Part shown: positions 31,619-44,727 of the stretch, piece by piece | Position numbering within the stretch: the stretch's first letter is position 1 | How the letters are laid out: each line of letters opens with the position of its first letter | Origin: Escherichia coli | GTDB taxonomy: Bacteria > Pseudomonadota > Gammaproteobacteria > Enterobacterales > Enterobacteriaceae | Assembly (NCBI RefSeq): GCF_024502345.1 | Contig: NZ_JALDNN010000001.1 | DNA length: 64,000 nt | Strand: one strand, 5' to 3' | Notes under the pieces: model-generated | Told to the model about the DNA's origin: nothing | The model's database searches: none | Seen by the model: the letters and a program-made list of their open reading frames with translations, nothing else | Made by a program: the position numbers and the translations under genes

Positions 31619-33013
31619 TTAATCGTGAGCGCCGATTTCGCGCAGTTTACGACCTTTCATCAGATTACGTTCAATATGTTCCAGCGAAACGTGTTTGGTT
31701 TCCGGTACCAGCCACAATGTCAGCAGGATAAACAGTACGTTCAGAGCCGCATACACCCAGAAGGTGTTGGCGTTACCCAGCGTGTTGAGCATGGTCAGGA
31801 ACGTTGCGCCAACGATCATGTTGGCAATCCAGTTGGTGGCAGTGGAGCAGGTGATGCCAAAATCGCGGCCTTTCAGCGGCTGAATTTCGGAGCACAGTAC
31901 CCAAATCAGCGGACCGGCACTCATGGCAAAACCGACAATAAACATCAGCAGCATGGCGATGGCGAAATACTGCGCCGACGGAGAGTGAATACCGATATGC
32001 ATCATTGTACCGAGTACGCCCATGCCAGCAGCCATCACCAGGAAGCCCAGCGTTAGCGTTGGTTTACGTCCCCAGCGGTCAACAAGGCCGATTGCGATAA
32101 AGGTGGCAAGTACGTTGGTCAGGCCGACAATCACTGTCCCCCACATTTGCTCGGTAGTGTTGGTATAACCCGCCAGTTCGAAGATTTTCGGCGCGTAATA
32201 CATGATGACGTTCATCCCGGTGAATTGCTGCATAACCTGTAACAGTACGCCAAGGAACACCGCGCGGCGGAAGTTGCTATTCTCTTTAAACAGCGCCCAG
32301 CCACTCTGTTTAACCTGCAAACTTTCACGGATTTCATCCAGTTCGCGTTTCGCTTCCGCGCTGGTGTCACGCAGGCGTAGCAGCACGCGTTCGGCATCAA
32401 CAAAACGGCGTTTGGCGGCAAACCAACGTGGGCTGTCTGGCAGGAAGAAGACACCAATCAGCAGCAAAATTGCCGGGATGATAATCACACCCAGCATCCA
32501 GCGCCATGCACCGGTGTAGCTGAAGGCGGTATCAGAAAGATAAGCACCGAGGATCCCGATAGTGATCATCAACTGATACATCGAGATCATACTGCCACGA
32601 ATTTTTTCCGGCGCAATTTCAGAGAGGTACAGCGGTGCGGTATAAGAGGCCACACCCACCGCCAGCCCCAGTAGAACGCGGGAAAGAATCAGTACTTCAA
32701 CGTTTGGCGCAGCCGCAGAGAACAGCGAACCGGCAACAAACAAAATTGCGCCGATCATCAGGCTCTTTTTGCGCCCGAGTTTAAAGGAGAGCCAGCCGCT
32801 GCCCACCGCACCGACTGCCGCACCGAACATCATGGAGCTTACGACCCATTCTTGCGTGTGCGAAGTAATCTGGAATTCATCTGCAATAAACGGCAGTGCG
32901 CCAGCAATTACACCGATATCCAGGCCAAAGAGTAATCCCGCCAGAGCGGCAAGGAAGCAGACGAAAAACGTCATTGCCTTGTTTGACCGCCCCTGTTTTT
33001 TAGCGTCAGGCAT
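31619..33013 (-). CDS. galP: galactose:H+ symporter, MFS (464 aa)
   Basis: Start [26 protein letters not shown]. Confidence 0.9.
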   Translation of the reverse strand: MPDAKKQGRSNKAMTFFVCFLAALAGLLFGLDIGVIAGALPFIADEFQITSHTQEWVVSSMMFGAAVGAVGSGWLSFKLGRKKSLMIGAILFVAGSLFSAAAPNVEVLILSRVLLGLAVGVASYTAPLYLSEIAPEKIRGSMISMYQLMITIGILGAYLSDTAFSYTGAWRWMLGVIIIPAILLLIGVFFLPDSPRWFAAKRRFVDAERVLLRLRDTSAEAKRELDEIRESLQVKQSGWALFKENSNFRRAVFLGVLLQVMQQFTGMNVIMYYAPKIFELAGYTNTTEQMWGTVIVGLTNVLATFIAIGLVDRWGRKPTLTLGFLVMAAGMGVLGTMMHIGIHSPSAQYFAIAMLLMFIVGFAMSAGPLIWVLCSEIQPLKGRDFGITCSTATNWIANMIVGATFLTMLNTLGNANTFWVYAALNVLFILLTLWLVPETKHVSLEHIERNLMKGRKLREIGAHD

Positions 33014-33399
33014 GATGCCCTCCAATATGGTTATTTTTTATTGTGAATTAAGATAGGTGAGTACGACGTAAAAAGATGTGAAGCAAATCACATCAGTGTA
33101 ATCGCTTACACTAACATTTATCTTAGTTATGGTTTAAGTGCATGAAAATAATTGAGTTATATCATCATAGATTAAACGCTGTTATCTGCAATTAAGACTT
33201 TACTGAAAAGAAATGTAACAACTGTGAAAACTGAATAATAATATGAAAATATTACAAATATTTGGCTGGTGTTATTGGTGTAATCGGTTTCAGTAGTGAT
33301 GATAATTTGCGATAAAACGTGTTGAGGAAGAATGATGTTATTGTGCGGGCAGCTTTTTGCCGGATGCGGCGTGAACGCCTATCCACCGCGGTGAGGTAA

Positions 33400-33432
33400 A
33401 AGAAAAAGGCCAGCGCGAGGCTGGCCTTTGAA
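33400..33432 (-). terminator. intrinsic terminator downstream of metK
   Basis: ggccagcgcgaggctggcc hairpin followed by a T-run on the minus strand. Confidence 0.6.
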
Positions 33433-33448
33433 AGCAGGTGAAGAAAGA

Positions 33449-34603
33449 TTACTTCAGACCGGCAGCATCGCGCAGCAGCTGCGCTTTGTCGGTTTTTTCC
33501 CACGGGAAATGTTCACGACCAAAGTGACCGTATGCTGCGGTTTCTTTGTAGATCGGGTGCAGCAGATCCAGCATCTGAATCAGACCGTATGGGCGCAGGT
33601 CGAAGAACTCACGTACCAGCAGAGTCAGTTGTTCAGAAGGCACTTTCTCAGTACCGAAAGTTTCTACCATGATGGAAGTCGGTTCAGCCACGCCGATTGC
33701 GTAGGAAACCTGAATTTCACAACGATCGGCCAGGCCAGCAGCAACGATGTTTTTTGCAACATAACGTGCTGCGTACGCAGCGGAACGGTCCACTTTTGAT
33801 GGATCTTTACCAGAGAATGCACCGCCACCGTGACGCGCCATGCCGCCGTAAGTATCAACGATAATTTTACGACCAGTCAGACCGCAGTCACCCATTGGGC
33901 CACCGATAACGAAACGACCGGTCGGGTTGATGAAGAATTTGGTGGCAGAAGTCAGCCATTCAGCGGGCAGAATTGGCTTGATGATCTCTTCCATTACCGC
34001 TTCTTGCAGCGATTTCTGGTCGATCTCTTCAGAGTGCTGAGTGGAAAGCACGACAGCATCAATACCAACGATTTTGCCGTCGTCATACTGGAAAGTCACC
34101 TGGCTTTTCGCGTCCGGGCGCAGCCACGGCAGAGTGCCATTTTTACGCACTTCAGCCTGACGCTGTACCAGACGGTGTGCATAGGTGATAGGTGCTGGCA
34201 TCAGCACGTCGGTTTCATTAGTTGCGTAGCCAAACATCAGACCCTGGTCACCCGCGCCCTGTTCCAGCGGATCGGCACGGTCAACGCCCTGGTTGATGTC
34301 AGGAGACTGTTTGCCGATAGCGCTCAGAACCGCACAGGAGTTAGCGTCAAAGCCCATGTCGGAATGCACATAGCCAATTTCGCGAACGGTGTTACGGGTG
34401 ATCTCTTCGATGTCTACCCAGGCGCTGGTGGTAATTTCGCCGCCAACTAAAACCATGCCGGTTTTTACGTAGGTTTCGCAAGCAACGCGTGCTTTCGGAT
34501 CCTGTTCGAGGATCGCGTCTAAAACGGCATCAGAGATTTGGTCAGCAATTTTGTCAGGATGCCCTTCAGAGACGGACTCGGACGTAAAAAGGTGTTTTGC
34601 CAT
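33449..34603 (-). CDS. metK: S-adenosylmethionine synthetase (384 aa)
   Basis: [32 protein letters not shown]. Confidence 0.95.
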
Positions 34604-35257
34604 ATTTAATATCACCTAAAGAGAATTTGGTTAGCTCAAACTGTTGTGTGGATTTTCTGTGGTAGCGGATCCTACCACGACTCTGCAGGTTAAAAACACT
34701 GGCAGTCTGAGTGTTAATCGGTATGGATGGATTAACATCTGGATGGCTATTTTAGGTCAATTCTTCACCCGATTTCCACTTTTTTTTGAATCGTGTCTCA
34801 TTCTGTTAAAAACGTGGCTGGATATTTTTCCTGACAATGCCGGCATTCTGCGTATTTATCTTTTGCAATTTTCTGCCATTGTGGGGTATAAAACGCGGCG
34901 CGCGGCTTAAATAAAAAGCACACGACGTTTCTTTCGTGTTGCCACTTCCAGCCGGGTTGAAATCAGAGTTTTGGCTTGTGGGTTCGTCTTAACAGGCGGC
35001 CGTGGAGGTGATACGAAATAATGAACCGTTGTCTGCTGCTTAACCTGTCTCACCGTTCTGGTGAAGATTCGTTCCCCGCACTCTGCATCTCTGCTTTGCA
35101 TACCTGCCGATGTTATACCCATCTCGGCGCTTCTCAGGATTCAAGAGCTGGTTACAGTTACTGAGGACTGAACAAGGGCGCTCTTGTAAAAACAAGAGTT
35201 TTCTCGTGGTTTCGCCGAACTGTCACACTTACGTTCGGTTATGTGCTTAATAATGTT

Positions 35258-35389
35258 ATGAAAAAGAAACCGGTTGCGCAGTTGGAGCGTCAGCATTCAC
35301 TGCTGGAAAATCCATGTGCTTATGGGTTGTTATCGCAGTTCCAGGCTGCGATAGTCGTTAACTGTTTTACACTTAATAAAATAATTTGA
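35258..35389 (+). CDS. yqgB: small protein (43 aa) upstream of speA
   Basis: [43 protein letters not shown]; below ORF-track size cutoff. Confidence 0.55.
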
Positions 35390-35397
35390 GGTTCGCT

Positions 35398-37374
35398 ATG
35401 TCTGACGACATGTCTATGGGTTTGCCTTCGTCAGCGGGCGAACACGGTGTACTACGCTCCATGCAGGAGGTTGCAATGAGCTCCCAGGAAGCCAGCAAGA
35501 TGCTGCGTACTTACAATATTGCCTGGTGGGGCAATAACTACTATGACGTTAACGAGTTGGGCCACATCAGCGTGTGCCCGGACCCGGACGTCCCGGAAGC
35601 TCGCGTCGATCTCGCGCAGTTAGTGAAAACTCGTGAAGCACAGGGCCAGCGTCTGCCTGCACTGTTCTGTTTCCCACAGATCCTGCAGCACCGTTTGCGT
35701 TCCATTAACGCCGCGTTCAAACGTGCGCGGGAATCCTACGGCTATAACGGCGATTACTTCCTTGTTTATCCGATCAAAGTTAACCAGCACCGCCGCGTGA
35801 TCGAGTCCCTGATTCATTCGGGCGAACCACTGGGTCTGGAAGCCGGTTCCAAAGCCGAGTTGATGGCAGTGCTGGCACATGCTGGCATGACCCGTAGCGT
35901 CATCGTCTGCAACGGTTATAAAGACCGCGAATATATCCGCCTGGCATTAATTGGCGAGAAGATGGGGCACAAGGTCTATCTGGTCATTGAGAAGATGTCA
36001 GAAATCGCCATTGTGCTGGATGAAGCAGAACGTCTGAATGTCGTTCCTCGTCTGGGCGTGCGTGCACGTCTGGCTTCGCAGGGCTCGGGTAAATGGCAGT
36101 CTTCCGGCGGGGAAAAATCGAAGTTCGGCCTGGCTGCGACTCAGGTACTGCAACTGGTTGAAACGCTGCGTGAAGCTGGGCGTCTCGACAGCCTGCAACT
36201 ACTGCACTTCCACCTCGGTTCGCAGATGGCGAATATTCGCGATATCGCCACGGGCGTTCGTGAATCCGCGCGTTTCTATGTGGAACTGCACAAGCTGGGC
36301 GTCAATATTCAGTGCTTCGACGTCGGCGGCGGTCTGGGCGTGGACTATGAAGGCACCCGTTCGCAGTCTGACTGCTCCGTAAACTATGGCCTCAATGAAT
36401 ACGCCAACAACATCATCTGGGCGATTGGTGATGCGTGTGAAGAAAATGGTCTGCCGCATCCGACGGTAATCACTGAATCGGGTCGTGCAGTGACTGCGCA
36501 TCACACCGTGCTGGTGTCTAATATCATCGGCGTGGAACGTAACGAATACACGGTGCCGACCGCGCCTGCAGAAGATGCGCCGCGCGCGCTGCAAAGCATG
36601 TGGGAAACCTGGCAGGAGATGCACGAACCGGGAACTCGCCGTTCTCTGCGTGAATGGTTACACGACAGTCAGATGGATCTGCACGACATTCATATCGGCT
36701 ACTCTTCCGGCACCTTTAGCCTGCAAGAACGTGCATGGGCTGAGCAGCTTTATTTGAGCATGTGCCATGAAGTGCAAAAGCAGCTGGATCCGCAAAACCG
36801 TGCTCATCGTCCGATTATCGACGAGCTGCAGGAACGTATGGCGGACAAAATGTACGTCAACTTCTCGCTGTTCCAGTCGATGCCGGATGCGTGGGGGATC
36901 GACCAGTTGTTTCCGGTTCTGCCGCTGGAAGGGCTGGATCAAGTGCCGGAACGCCGCGCTGTGCTGCTGGATATTACCTGTGACTCTGACGGTGCTATCG
37001 ACCACTATATCGATGGTGATGGTATTGCCACGACAATGCCTATGCCGGAGTACGATCCAGAGAATCCGCCGATGCTAGGTTTCTTTATGGTCGGCGCATA
37101 TCAGGAGATCCTCGGCAACATGCACAACCTGTTCGGTGATACCGAAGCGGTTGACGTGTTCGTCTTCCCTGACGGTAGTGTAGAAGTGGAACTGTCTGAC
37201 GAAGGCGATACCGTGGCGGACATGCTGCAATATGTACAGCTCGATCCGAAAACGCTGTTAACTCAGTTCCGTGATCAAGTGAAGAAAACCGATCTTGATG
37301 CTGAACTGCAACAACAGTTCCTTGAAGAGTTCGAGGCAGGTTTGTACGGTTATACCTATCTTGAAGATGAATAA
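35398..37374 (+). CDS. speA: biosynthetic arginine decarboxylase (658 aa)
   Basis: Start [21 protein letters not shown]; length. Confidence 0.9.
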
Positions 37375-37519
37375 TTAAGATTATTCTGCTGGCGGGTCGA
37401 TTTATTTACGTAAATCGGTCCGCTTTCTTTTTATATATTCTTAAAAATAATTTAGCTGCTTTTCTTATTAAATAATCTCCCTACAATCGCTGCATTAATT
37501 AAATGCAGAGGGAACGGTT

Positions 37520-38251
37520 ATGAAAAAATGGAAAGTACGTAGCGCGTTGGTGGCATTAATCGTGCTGCTGGCCGGTTGTTCCAGTAATGCGCAGTATAAT
37601 AGCAGTGCATCGGGCAATGTCGGCACCGCCTGGGGTGGGGATGTGCACTCAACGGTTCAGGGCGTATCTGCTGAGCGAGCCTGGCGCGATCCGGCGGAGA
37701 TGATCGTTATTAGTTATTCGACTAATGTTCCTTCCGGCTACGACCGCGTTTATAGCATTCGTATTAACGAACTGGAATATGCTATTCGCGATGGTAATTT
37801 TAATTCTCTACCTATTACGCGTGTTTATGATTCATCCAATAATGAACCACGCTATATTGTCCATGCCAGAGTCGGAATGAATTATCAATTATATGTCCGT
37901 AATTACAGTCGTAACACCAACTACGAGATCGTTGCTACGGTTGATGGCCTGGATGTGCTGAACGGCAAGCAAGGTTCGCTGAATAACAACGGCTATATTG
38001 TGAATGCCGGAGATTCTTTAGCGATTAAAGGATTCCGCAAAGATAAACATACCGAAGCGGCTTTTCAGTTCGCCAACGTTGTTGATTCCTACGCAGCCAA
38101 TTCGGCGCAAGGCGATGTGCGTAATACCGGGGTAATCGGCTTTGCCGCCTTTGAATTACAAGGCCAGGCGCAAAACGCGCTGCCACCGTGCTCTGGACAA
38201 GCCTTTCCGGCAGATAACAATGGCTATGCGCCGCCACCGTGTCGGAAATAG
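37520..38251 (+). CDS. hypothetical lipoprotein (243 aa)
   Basis: Signal peptide with lipobox LLAGC; AT-rich; lies between speA and speB, which are adjacent in K-12. Confidence 0.6.
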   Translation: MKKWKVRSALVALIVLLAGCSSNAQYNSSASGNVGTAWGGDVHSTVQGVSAERAWRDPAEMIVISYSTNVPSGYDRVYSIRINELEYAIRDGNFNSLPITRVYDSSNNEPRYIVHARVGMNYQLYVRNYSRNTNYEIVATVDGLDVLNGKQGSLNNNGYIVNAGDSLAIKGFRKDKHTEAAFQFANVVDSYAANSAQGDVRNTGVIGFAAFELQGQAQNALPPCSGQAFPADNNGYAPPPCRK

Positions 38252-38386
38252 CAACCTCGCTTGATGCCTCGCCCATTTAAGGCGATAATTAGCACAAACT
38301 TGTGTTTCGCAAATCCAACCCTTCCTCGTCGGGCCTAACGACGCGGAAGGGTTTTTTTATATCGACTTTGTAATAGGAGTCCATCC

Positions 38387-39307
38387 ATGAGCACCTTAGG
38401 TCATCAATACGATAACTCACTGGTTTCCAACGCCTTTGGTTTTTTACGCCTGCCGATGAACTTCCAGCCGTATGACAGCGATGCTGACTGGGTGATTACT
38501 GGTGTGCCGTTCGATATGGCCACTTCTGGTCGTGCGGGGGGACGCCACGGTCCGGCAGCTATCCGTCAGGTTTCGACTAACCTGGCCTGGGAACACAACC
38601 GCTTCCCGTGGAATTTCGACATGCGCGAGCGTCTGAACGTGGTGGACTGCGGCGATCTGGTATATGCCTTCGGCGATGCCCGTGAGATGAGCGAAAAACT
38701 GCAGGCACACGCCGAGAAGCTGCTGGCTGCCGGTAAGCGTATGCTCTCCTTCGGTGGTGACCACTTTGTTACGCTGCCGCTGCTGCGTGCTCATGCGAAG
38801 CATTTCGGCAAAATGGCGCTGGTACACTTTGACGCCCACACCGATACCTATGCGAACGGTTGTGAATTTGACCACGGCACCATGTTCTATACCGCGCCAA
38901 AAGAAGGTTTAATCGACCCGAATCATTCCGTGCAGATTGGTATTCGTACTGAGTTCGATAAAGACAACGGCTTTATCGTGCTGGACGCCTGCCAGGTGAA
39001 CGATCGCAGCGTGGATGACGTTATCGCCCAGGTGAAACAGATTGTGGGTGATATGCCGGTTTACCTGACTTTTGATATCGACTGCCTGGATCCTGCATTT
39101 GCGCCGGGAACCGGTACGCCGGTAATTGGCGGTCTGACCTCCGATCGCGCTATTAAACTGGTACGCGGCCTGAAAGATCTCAACATCGTTGGGATGGACG
39201 TAGTGGAAGTGGCTCCGGCATACGATCAGTCGGAAATCACTGCTCTGGCAGCGGCAACGCTGGCGCTGGAAATGCTGTATATTCAGGCGGCGAAAAAGGG
39301 CGAGTAA
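38387..39307 (+). CDS. speB: agmatinase (306 aa)
   Basis: Length; Mn-binding arginase-fold motifs (GGDH, DAHTD). Confidence 0.9.
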   Translation: MSTLGHQYDNSLVSNAFGFLRLPMNFQPYDSDADWVITGVPFDMATSGRAGGRHGPAAIRQVSTNLAWEHNRFPWNFDMRERLNVVDCGDLVYAFGDAREMSEKLQAHAEKLLAAGKRMLSFGGDHFVTLPLLRAHAKHFGKMALVHFDAHTDTYANGCEFDHGTMFYTAPKEGLIDPNHSVQIGIRTEFDKDNGFIVLDACQVNDRSVDDVIAQVKQIVGDMPVYLTFDIDCLDPAFAPGTGTPVIGGLTSDRAIKLVRGLKDLNIVGMDVVEVAPAYDQSEITALAAATLALEMLYIQAAKKGE

Positions 39308-39308
39308 G

Positions 39309-39505
<197 letters not shown>

Positions 39506-39512
39506 CCAGGCT

Positions 39513-40271
39513 TTACTTAATCCCATCCGCGCTCATGCGATCGCGAATATGCTGGGCGCGTTCGGCGGATGCAGGATGGTCGTCAAACATTGAGCTTTGG
39601 CGACCTTCTTCCAGTTTTGCCAGTTTTTCAAAGCTGGTGGCAAGACCTGCCGGGCTGATGCCGCGTTGGCGCAGAAGATCGTAAGAATAATCATCGGCTT
39701 CTGCTTCCTGGCGCTGGGAGAATTGCGAATTGACTAATTTCTCGCCCAGATCACCAAGTTGTGATTGAGATAAACTGCCGACAATCCCGCCCGCCGAGGC
39801 CGCAGCTACTCGCACGGCATTTGTACCAAGCGCCACCTGCATCCCTTTCTTCACATGGCCTAACGCCACGTGCCCCATCTCGTGACCGATCACCGCTTCG
39901 ACTTCGTTATCCGTCATCATATCCATCAGCCCGCTATAGACGCGGATACAGCCGTTAGCCATTGCAAAGGCGTTCACATCCTTCGCCATATACACTTTGT
40001 AATTCACCGGCTGACCGTTGATATTGTTGCCTAGCGCATTGGCAATAGTTGTCAGACGTTTAGCGTATTCGCTATTGGCTGGCGCAATCGTCGCCTTGCT
40101 GTCCATCTCCTGACATGCCTGATCGCTCAGGGTTTTCACCTGCGCATCACTCAAACTGTAAGCCTGAAAAGCTTCCGCTCCTGATGAGAGCAGTCCGTTG
40201 GAGTCCATATTCTGGCAACCAGTCAGTACCGTTGCCACGCTCATTGCTACCAATAAGGCGCGAATTTTCAT
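39513..40271 (-). CDS. loiP: M48 metalloprotease lipoprotein (252 aa)
   Basis: HEMGHVALGH zinc motif; start MKIRALLVAMSVATVLTGC. Confidence 0.85.
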   Translation of the reverse strand: MKIRALLVAMSVATVLTGCQNMDSNGLLSSGAEAFQAYSLSDAQVKTLSDQACQEMDSKATIAPANSEYAKRLTTIANALGNNINGQPVNYKVYMAKDVNAFAMANGCIRVYSGLMDMMTDNEVEAVIGHEMGHVALGHVKKGMQVALGTNAVRVAAASAGGIVGSLSQSQLGDLGEKLVNSQFSQRQEAEADDYSYDLLRQRGISPAGLATSFEKLAKLEEGRQSSMFDDHPASAERAQHIRDRMSADGIK

Positions 40272-40548
40272 GTTTTCTCTTCCGCACAAGGTCAGGATTA
40301 TTCTAAAAATGCGCCGTTTGCAGGTGAATCGACGCTCAGTCTCAGTATAAGGAAAAGCGCAGCGGACGGGCGAGTAGATTGCGCAACATGCGAGCATGAT
40401 CCAGAGATTTCTGAAGCGGCAAAAGGATGTTCCATGTACATGACGCGCGGCTTGCGGTAAATTGTTGGCAAATTTTCCGGCGTAGCCCAAAACGCGCTGT
40501 CGTCAAGTCGTTAAGGGCGTGCCCTTCATCATCCGATCTGGAGTCAAA

Positions 40549-42540
40549 ATGTCCTCACGTAAAGAGCTTGCCAATGCTATTCGTGCGCTGAGCATGGACG
40601 CAGTACAGAAAGCCAAATCCGGTCACCCGGGTGCCCCTATGGGTATGGCTGACATTGCCGAAGTCCTGTGGCGTGATTTCCTGAAACATAACCCGCAGAA
40701 TCCGTCCTGGGCTGACCGTGACCGCTTCGTGCTGTCCAACGGCCACGGCTCCATGCTGATCTACAGCCTGCTGCACCTCACCGGTTACGATCTGCCGATG
40801 GAAGAACTGAAAAACTTCCGTCAGCTGCACTCTAAAACTCCGGGCCACCCGGAAGTGGGTTACACCGCTGGTGTGGAAACCACCACCGGTCCGCTGGGGC
40901 AGGGTATTGCCAACGCAGTAGGTATGGCGATTGCAGAAAAAACGCTGGCGGCGCAGTTTAACCGTCCGGGCCACGACATTGTCGACCACTACACCTACGC
41001 CTTCATGGGCGACGGCTGCATGATGGAAGGCATCTCCCACGAAGTTTGCTCTCTGGCGGGTACGCTGAAGCTGGGTAAACTGATTGCGTTCTACGATGAC
41101 AACGGTATCTCTATTGATGGTCACGTTGAAGGCTGGTTCACCGACGACACCGCAATGCGTTTCGAAGCTTACGGCTGGCACGTTATTCGCGACATCGACG
41201 GTCATGACGCGGCATCCATCAAACGCGCAGTAGAAGAAGCGCGCGCAGTGACTGACAAACCGTCCCTGCTGATGTGCAAAACCATCATCGGTTTCGGTTC
41301 CCCGAACAAAGCCGGTACTCACGACTCCCACGGTGCGCCGCTGGGCGACGCTGAAATTGCCCTGACCCGCGAACAGCTGGGCTGGAAATATGCACCGTTC
41401 GAAATCCCGTCTGAAATCTATGCTCAGTGGGATGCGAAAGAAGCAGGCCAGGCGAAAGAATCCGCATGGAACGAGAAATTCGCTGCTTACGCGAAAGCTT
41501 ATCCGCAGGAAGCCGCTGAATTTACCCGCCGTATGAAAGGCGAAATGCCGTCTGACTTCGACGCGAAAGCAAAAGAGTTCATTGCTAAACTGCAGGCTAA
41601 CCCGGCGAAAATCGCCAGCCGTAAAGCGTCTCAGAATGCTATCGAAGCTTTCGGTCCGCTGTTGCCGGAATTCCTCGGCGGTTCTGCTGACCTGGCACCG
41701 TCTAACCTGACCCTGTGGTCTGGTTCTAAAGCAATCAACGAAGATGCTGCGGGTAACTACATCCACTACGGTGTTCGCGAGTTCGGTATGACCGCGATTG
41801 CTAACGGTATCTCCCTGCACGGTGGTTTCCTGCCGTACACCTCCACCTTCCTGATGTTTGTCGAATACGCACGTAACGCCGTACGTATGGCTGCGCTGAT
41901 GAAACAGCGTCAGGTGATGGTTTACACCCACGACTCCATCGGTCTGGGCGAAGACGGCCCGACTCACCAGCCGGTTGAGCAGGTCGCTTCTCTGCGCGTG
42001 ACCCCGAATATGTCTACATGGCGTCCGTGTGACCAGGTTGAATCCGCGGTCGCGTGGAAATACGGTGTTGAGCGTCAGGACGGTCCGACCGCGCTTATCC
42101 TCTCCCGTCAGAACCTGGCGCAGCAGGAACGTACTGAAGAGCAACTGGCAAACATCGCGCGCGGTGGTTATGTGCTGAAAGACTGTGCCGGCCAGCCGGA
42201 ACTGATCTTCATCGCTACTGGTTCTGAAGTTGAACTGGCTGTCGCTGCATACGAAAAACTGACTGCCGAAGGCGTGAAAGCGCGCGTGGTTTCCATGCCG
42301 TCTACCGACGCATTCGACAAGCAGGACGCGGCTTACCGTGAGTCTGTCCTGCCGAAAGCGGTTACTGCACGCGTTGCGGTGGAAGCGGGTATTGCTGACT
42401 ACTGGTACAAGTATGTTGGCCTGAACGGTGCTATCGTCGGTATGACCACCTTCGGTGAATCTGCTCCGGCAGAGCAACTCTTTGAAGAGTTCGGCTTCAC
42501 CGTTGACAACGTTGTTGCGAAAGCAAAAGAACTGCTGTAA
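40549..42540 (+). CDS. tktA: transketolase 1 (663 aa)
   Basis: Start [41 protein letters not shown]. Confidence 0.95.
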   Translation: MSSRKELANAIRALSMDAVQKAKSGHPGAPMGMADIAEVLWRDFLKHNPQNPSWADRDRFVLSNGHGSMLIYSLLHLTGYDLPMEELKNFRQLHSKTPGHPEVGYTAGVETTTGPLGQGIANAVGMAIAEKTLAAQFNRPGHDIVDHYTYAFMGDGCMMEGISHEVCSLAGTLKLGKLIAFYDDNGISIDGHVEGWFTDDTAMRFEAYGWHVIRDIDGHDAASIKRAVEEARAVTDKPSLLMCKTIIGFGSPNKAGTHDSHGAPLGDAEIALTREQLGWKYAPFEIPSEIYAQWDAKEAGQAKESAWNEKFAAYAKAYPQEAAEFTRRMKGEMPSDFDAKAKEFIAKLQANPAKIASRKASQNAIEAFGPLLPEFLGGSADLAPSNLTLWSGSKAINEDAAGNYIHYGVREFGMTAIANGISLHGGFLPYTSTFLMFVEYARNAVRMAALMKQRQVMVYTHDSIGLGEDGPTHQPVEQVASLRVTPNMSTWRPCDQVESAVAWKYGVERQDGPTALILSRQNLAQQERTEEQLANIARGGYVLKDCAGQPELIFIATGSEVELAVAAYEKLTAEGVKARVVSMPSTDAFDKQDAAYRESVLPKAVTARVAVEAGIADYWYKYVGLNGAIVGMTTFGESAPAEQLFEEFGFTVDNVVAKAKELL

Positions 42541-42554
42541 TTAGCATTTCGGGT

Positions 42555-42582
42555 AAAAAGGTCGCTTCGGCGACCTTTTTTA
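42555..42582 (+). terminator. intrinsic terminator of tktA
   Basis: ggtcgc ttcg gcgacc followed by TTTTTT. Confidence 0.8.
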
Positions 42583-42853
42583 TTACCTTGATATGTCCGT
42601 TTGCGGACAAGCAATAGATAAAGCGTGTTGTAGATCACAAATATTTATATGCAATAAATATCAATTATGTAATATGCATCACGATATGCGTGTTGACATT
42701 CGTTGTTATATCTATAACTCAATGTTATATAAGAAATTAATAATTCACTGTTTTCAAAACACCGGTTTCCCTGCTCAATTGCTTTCATTAAACCGCACGA
42801 GTATTTTATTTTTACCGCCGGACGGTACCCTAAAAATAAAATAAGGATAATTT

Positions 42854-43297
42854 ATGCGGCTTAGTGATTATTTTCCAGAATCATCAATCTCAGTTATACA
42901 TTCAGCAAAAGATTGGCAGGAAGCTATCGATTTCTCGATGGTATCATTGCTGGATAAAAACTATATCAGCGAGAATTACATTCAGGCAATTAAAGATTCC
43001 ACCATTAACAATGGCCCTTATTATATTCTCGCACCAGGCGTGGCAATGCCTCATGCGCGACCGGAATGTGGGGCGCTTAAAACCGGGATGTCTTTGACAT
43101 TACTTGAACAAGGTGTTTATTTTCCGGGGAATGACGAACCAATTAAATTACTCATCGGACTCTCTGCTGCCGATGCCGATTCGCACATTGGCGCTATTCA
43201 GGCGTTAAGTGAATTACTGTGCGAAGAAGAAATAATCGAACAACTCTTAACAGCATCATCAGAAAAACAATTAGCGGACATTATCAGCCGCGGATAA
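42854..43297 (+). CDS. cmtB: mannitol-family PTS enzyme IIA component (147 aa)
   Basis: Size and synteny next to tktA. Confidence 0.75.
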   Translation: MRLSDYFPESSISVIHSAKDWQEAIDFSMVSLLDKNYISENYIQAIKDSTINNGPYYILAPGVAMPHARPECGALKTGMSLTLLEQGVYFPGNDEPIKLLIGLSAADADSHIGAIQALSELLCEEEIIEQLLTASSEKQLADIISRG

Positions 43298-43324
43298 TTA
43301 CTCTCTCCTCTACAGGATAATATT

Positions 43325-44713
43325 ATGGAAAACAAGTCTGCTCGTGCAAAGGTCCAGGCTTTTGGGGGCTTTTTGACTGCAATGGTCATCCCCAATATTG
43401 GTGCTTTTATTGCCTGGGGTTTTATTACTGCGTTATTTATTCCCACCGGTTGGCTGCCTAACGAACATTTTGCCAAAATTGTCGGCCCGATGATTACCTA
43501 TTTATTGCCCGTGATGATTGGTTCTACCGGTGGTCATCTGGTCGGCGGTAAACGCGGCGCGGTCATGGGCGGAATAGGTACTATTGGTGTGATCGTCGGC
43601 GCAGAGATCCCGATGTTCCTTGGCTCAATGATTATGGGGCCGCTCGGTGGTCTGGTCATAAAATATGTTGATAAGGCACTGGAAAAACGCATACCTGCCG
43701 GTTTTGAGATGGTTATCAATAACTTCTCATTAGGTATCGCGGGGATGCTCCTTTGTCTGCTGGGTTTTGAAGTGATCGGCCCGGCGGTGTTAATTGCCAA
43801 TACTTTCGTCAAAGAGTGTATTGAGGCGCTGGTACATGCGGGTTATCTGCTTCTGCTGTCAGTCATCAATGAACCGGCGAAAGTGCTTTTCCTTAATAAT
43901 GCGATCGATCAGGGCGTCTATTATCCGCTGGGAATGCAACAGGCTTCGGTTAACGGTAAATCCATCTTCTTTATGGTGGCCTCTAACCCAGGTCCGGGCC
44001 TGGGGCTGCTGCTGGCGTTTACCTTGTTTGGTAAAGGGATGAGTAAACGTTCTGCGCCCGGGGCGATGATTATTCACTTCCTCGGTGGGATCCACGAACT
44101 GTATTTCCCATATGTGCTGATGAAGCCGCTGACTATTATTGCCATGATTGCGGGCGGTATGTCTGGCACCTGGATGTTTAACTTACTGGACGGTGGTCTG
44201 GTGGCTGGCCCAAGTCCGGGGTCTATCTTTGCTTACCTGGCGCTGACGCCGAAAGGTTCGTTCCTGGCGACAATTGCCGGTGTTACGGTAGGTACCCTGG
44301 TGTCCTTTGCTATCACTTCGCTGATACTGAAGATGGAAAAAACGGTGGAAACGGAGAGCGAAGATGAGTTTGCTCAGTCAGCCAATGCGGTTAAGGCGAT
44401 GAAACAAGAGGGTGCATTCTCGTTAAGCAGGGTTAAGCGTATCGCCTTTGTTTGCGATGCGGGGATGGGCTCCAGTGCGATGGGCGCGACCACCTTCCGT
44501 AAACGCCTGGAAAAAGCGGGGCTGGCAATTGAAGTAAAACATTACGCCATAGAAAACGTGCCTGCGGATGCGGATATCGTCGTTACTCATGCCAGTCTGG
44601 AAGGGCGCGTGAAACGTGTGACGGATAAACCACTGATATTGATTAATAACTATATTGGCGATCCAAAACTCGACACTTTATTTAATCAATTAACCGCCGA
44701 ACATAAACACTGA
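43325..44713 (+). CDS. cmtA: mannitol-family PTS enzyme IICB component (462 aa)
   Basis: Polytopic N-terminus plus C-terminal IIB-like domain (CDAGMGSS). Confidence 0.8.
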   Translation: MENKSARAKVQAFGGFLTAMVIPNIGAFIAWGFITALFIPTGWLPNEHFAKIVGPMITYLLPVMIGSTGGHLVGGKRGAVMGGIGTIGVIVGAEIPMFLGSMIMGPLGGLVIKYVDKALEKRIPAGFEMVINNFSLGIAGMLLCLLGFEVIGPAVLIANTFVKECIEALVHAGYLLLLSVINEPAKVLFLNNAIDQGVYYPLGMQQASVNGKSIFFMVASNPGPGLGLLLAFTLFGKGMSKRSAPGAMIIHFLGGIHELYFPYVLMKPLTIIAMIAGGMSGTWMFNLLDGGLVAGPSPGSIFAYLALTPKGSFLATIAGVTVGTLVSFAITSLILKMEKTVETESEDEFAQSANAVKAMKQEGAFSLSRVKRIAFVCDAGMGSSAMGATTFRKRLEKAGLAIEVKHYAIENVPADADIVVTHASLEGRVKRVTDKPLILINNYIGDPKLDTLFNQLTAEHKH

Positions 44714-44727
44714 TTACAGAGGTAAAA

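Noticed and set aside
33252-33503. 83-aa minus-strand ORF overlapping the metK 3' end, possibly yqgD
   Set aside because: It overlaps the metK terminator and REP region and I cannot verify identity from memory.
34907-35122. 71-aa minus-strand ORF between metK and speA, possibly yqgC
   Set aside because: Length matches my memory of yqgC but I cannot recall its sequence, so it is not listed as a feature.
40555-42477. 640-aa open reading frame antisense to tktA
   Set aside because: Co-extensive with a highly expressed gene; the translation is Arg/Val/Phe-rich with no motifs. Highly expressed genes avoid TTA/CTA/TCA codons, which removes antisense stops. No independent start context.
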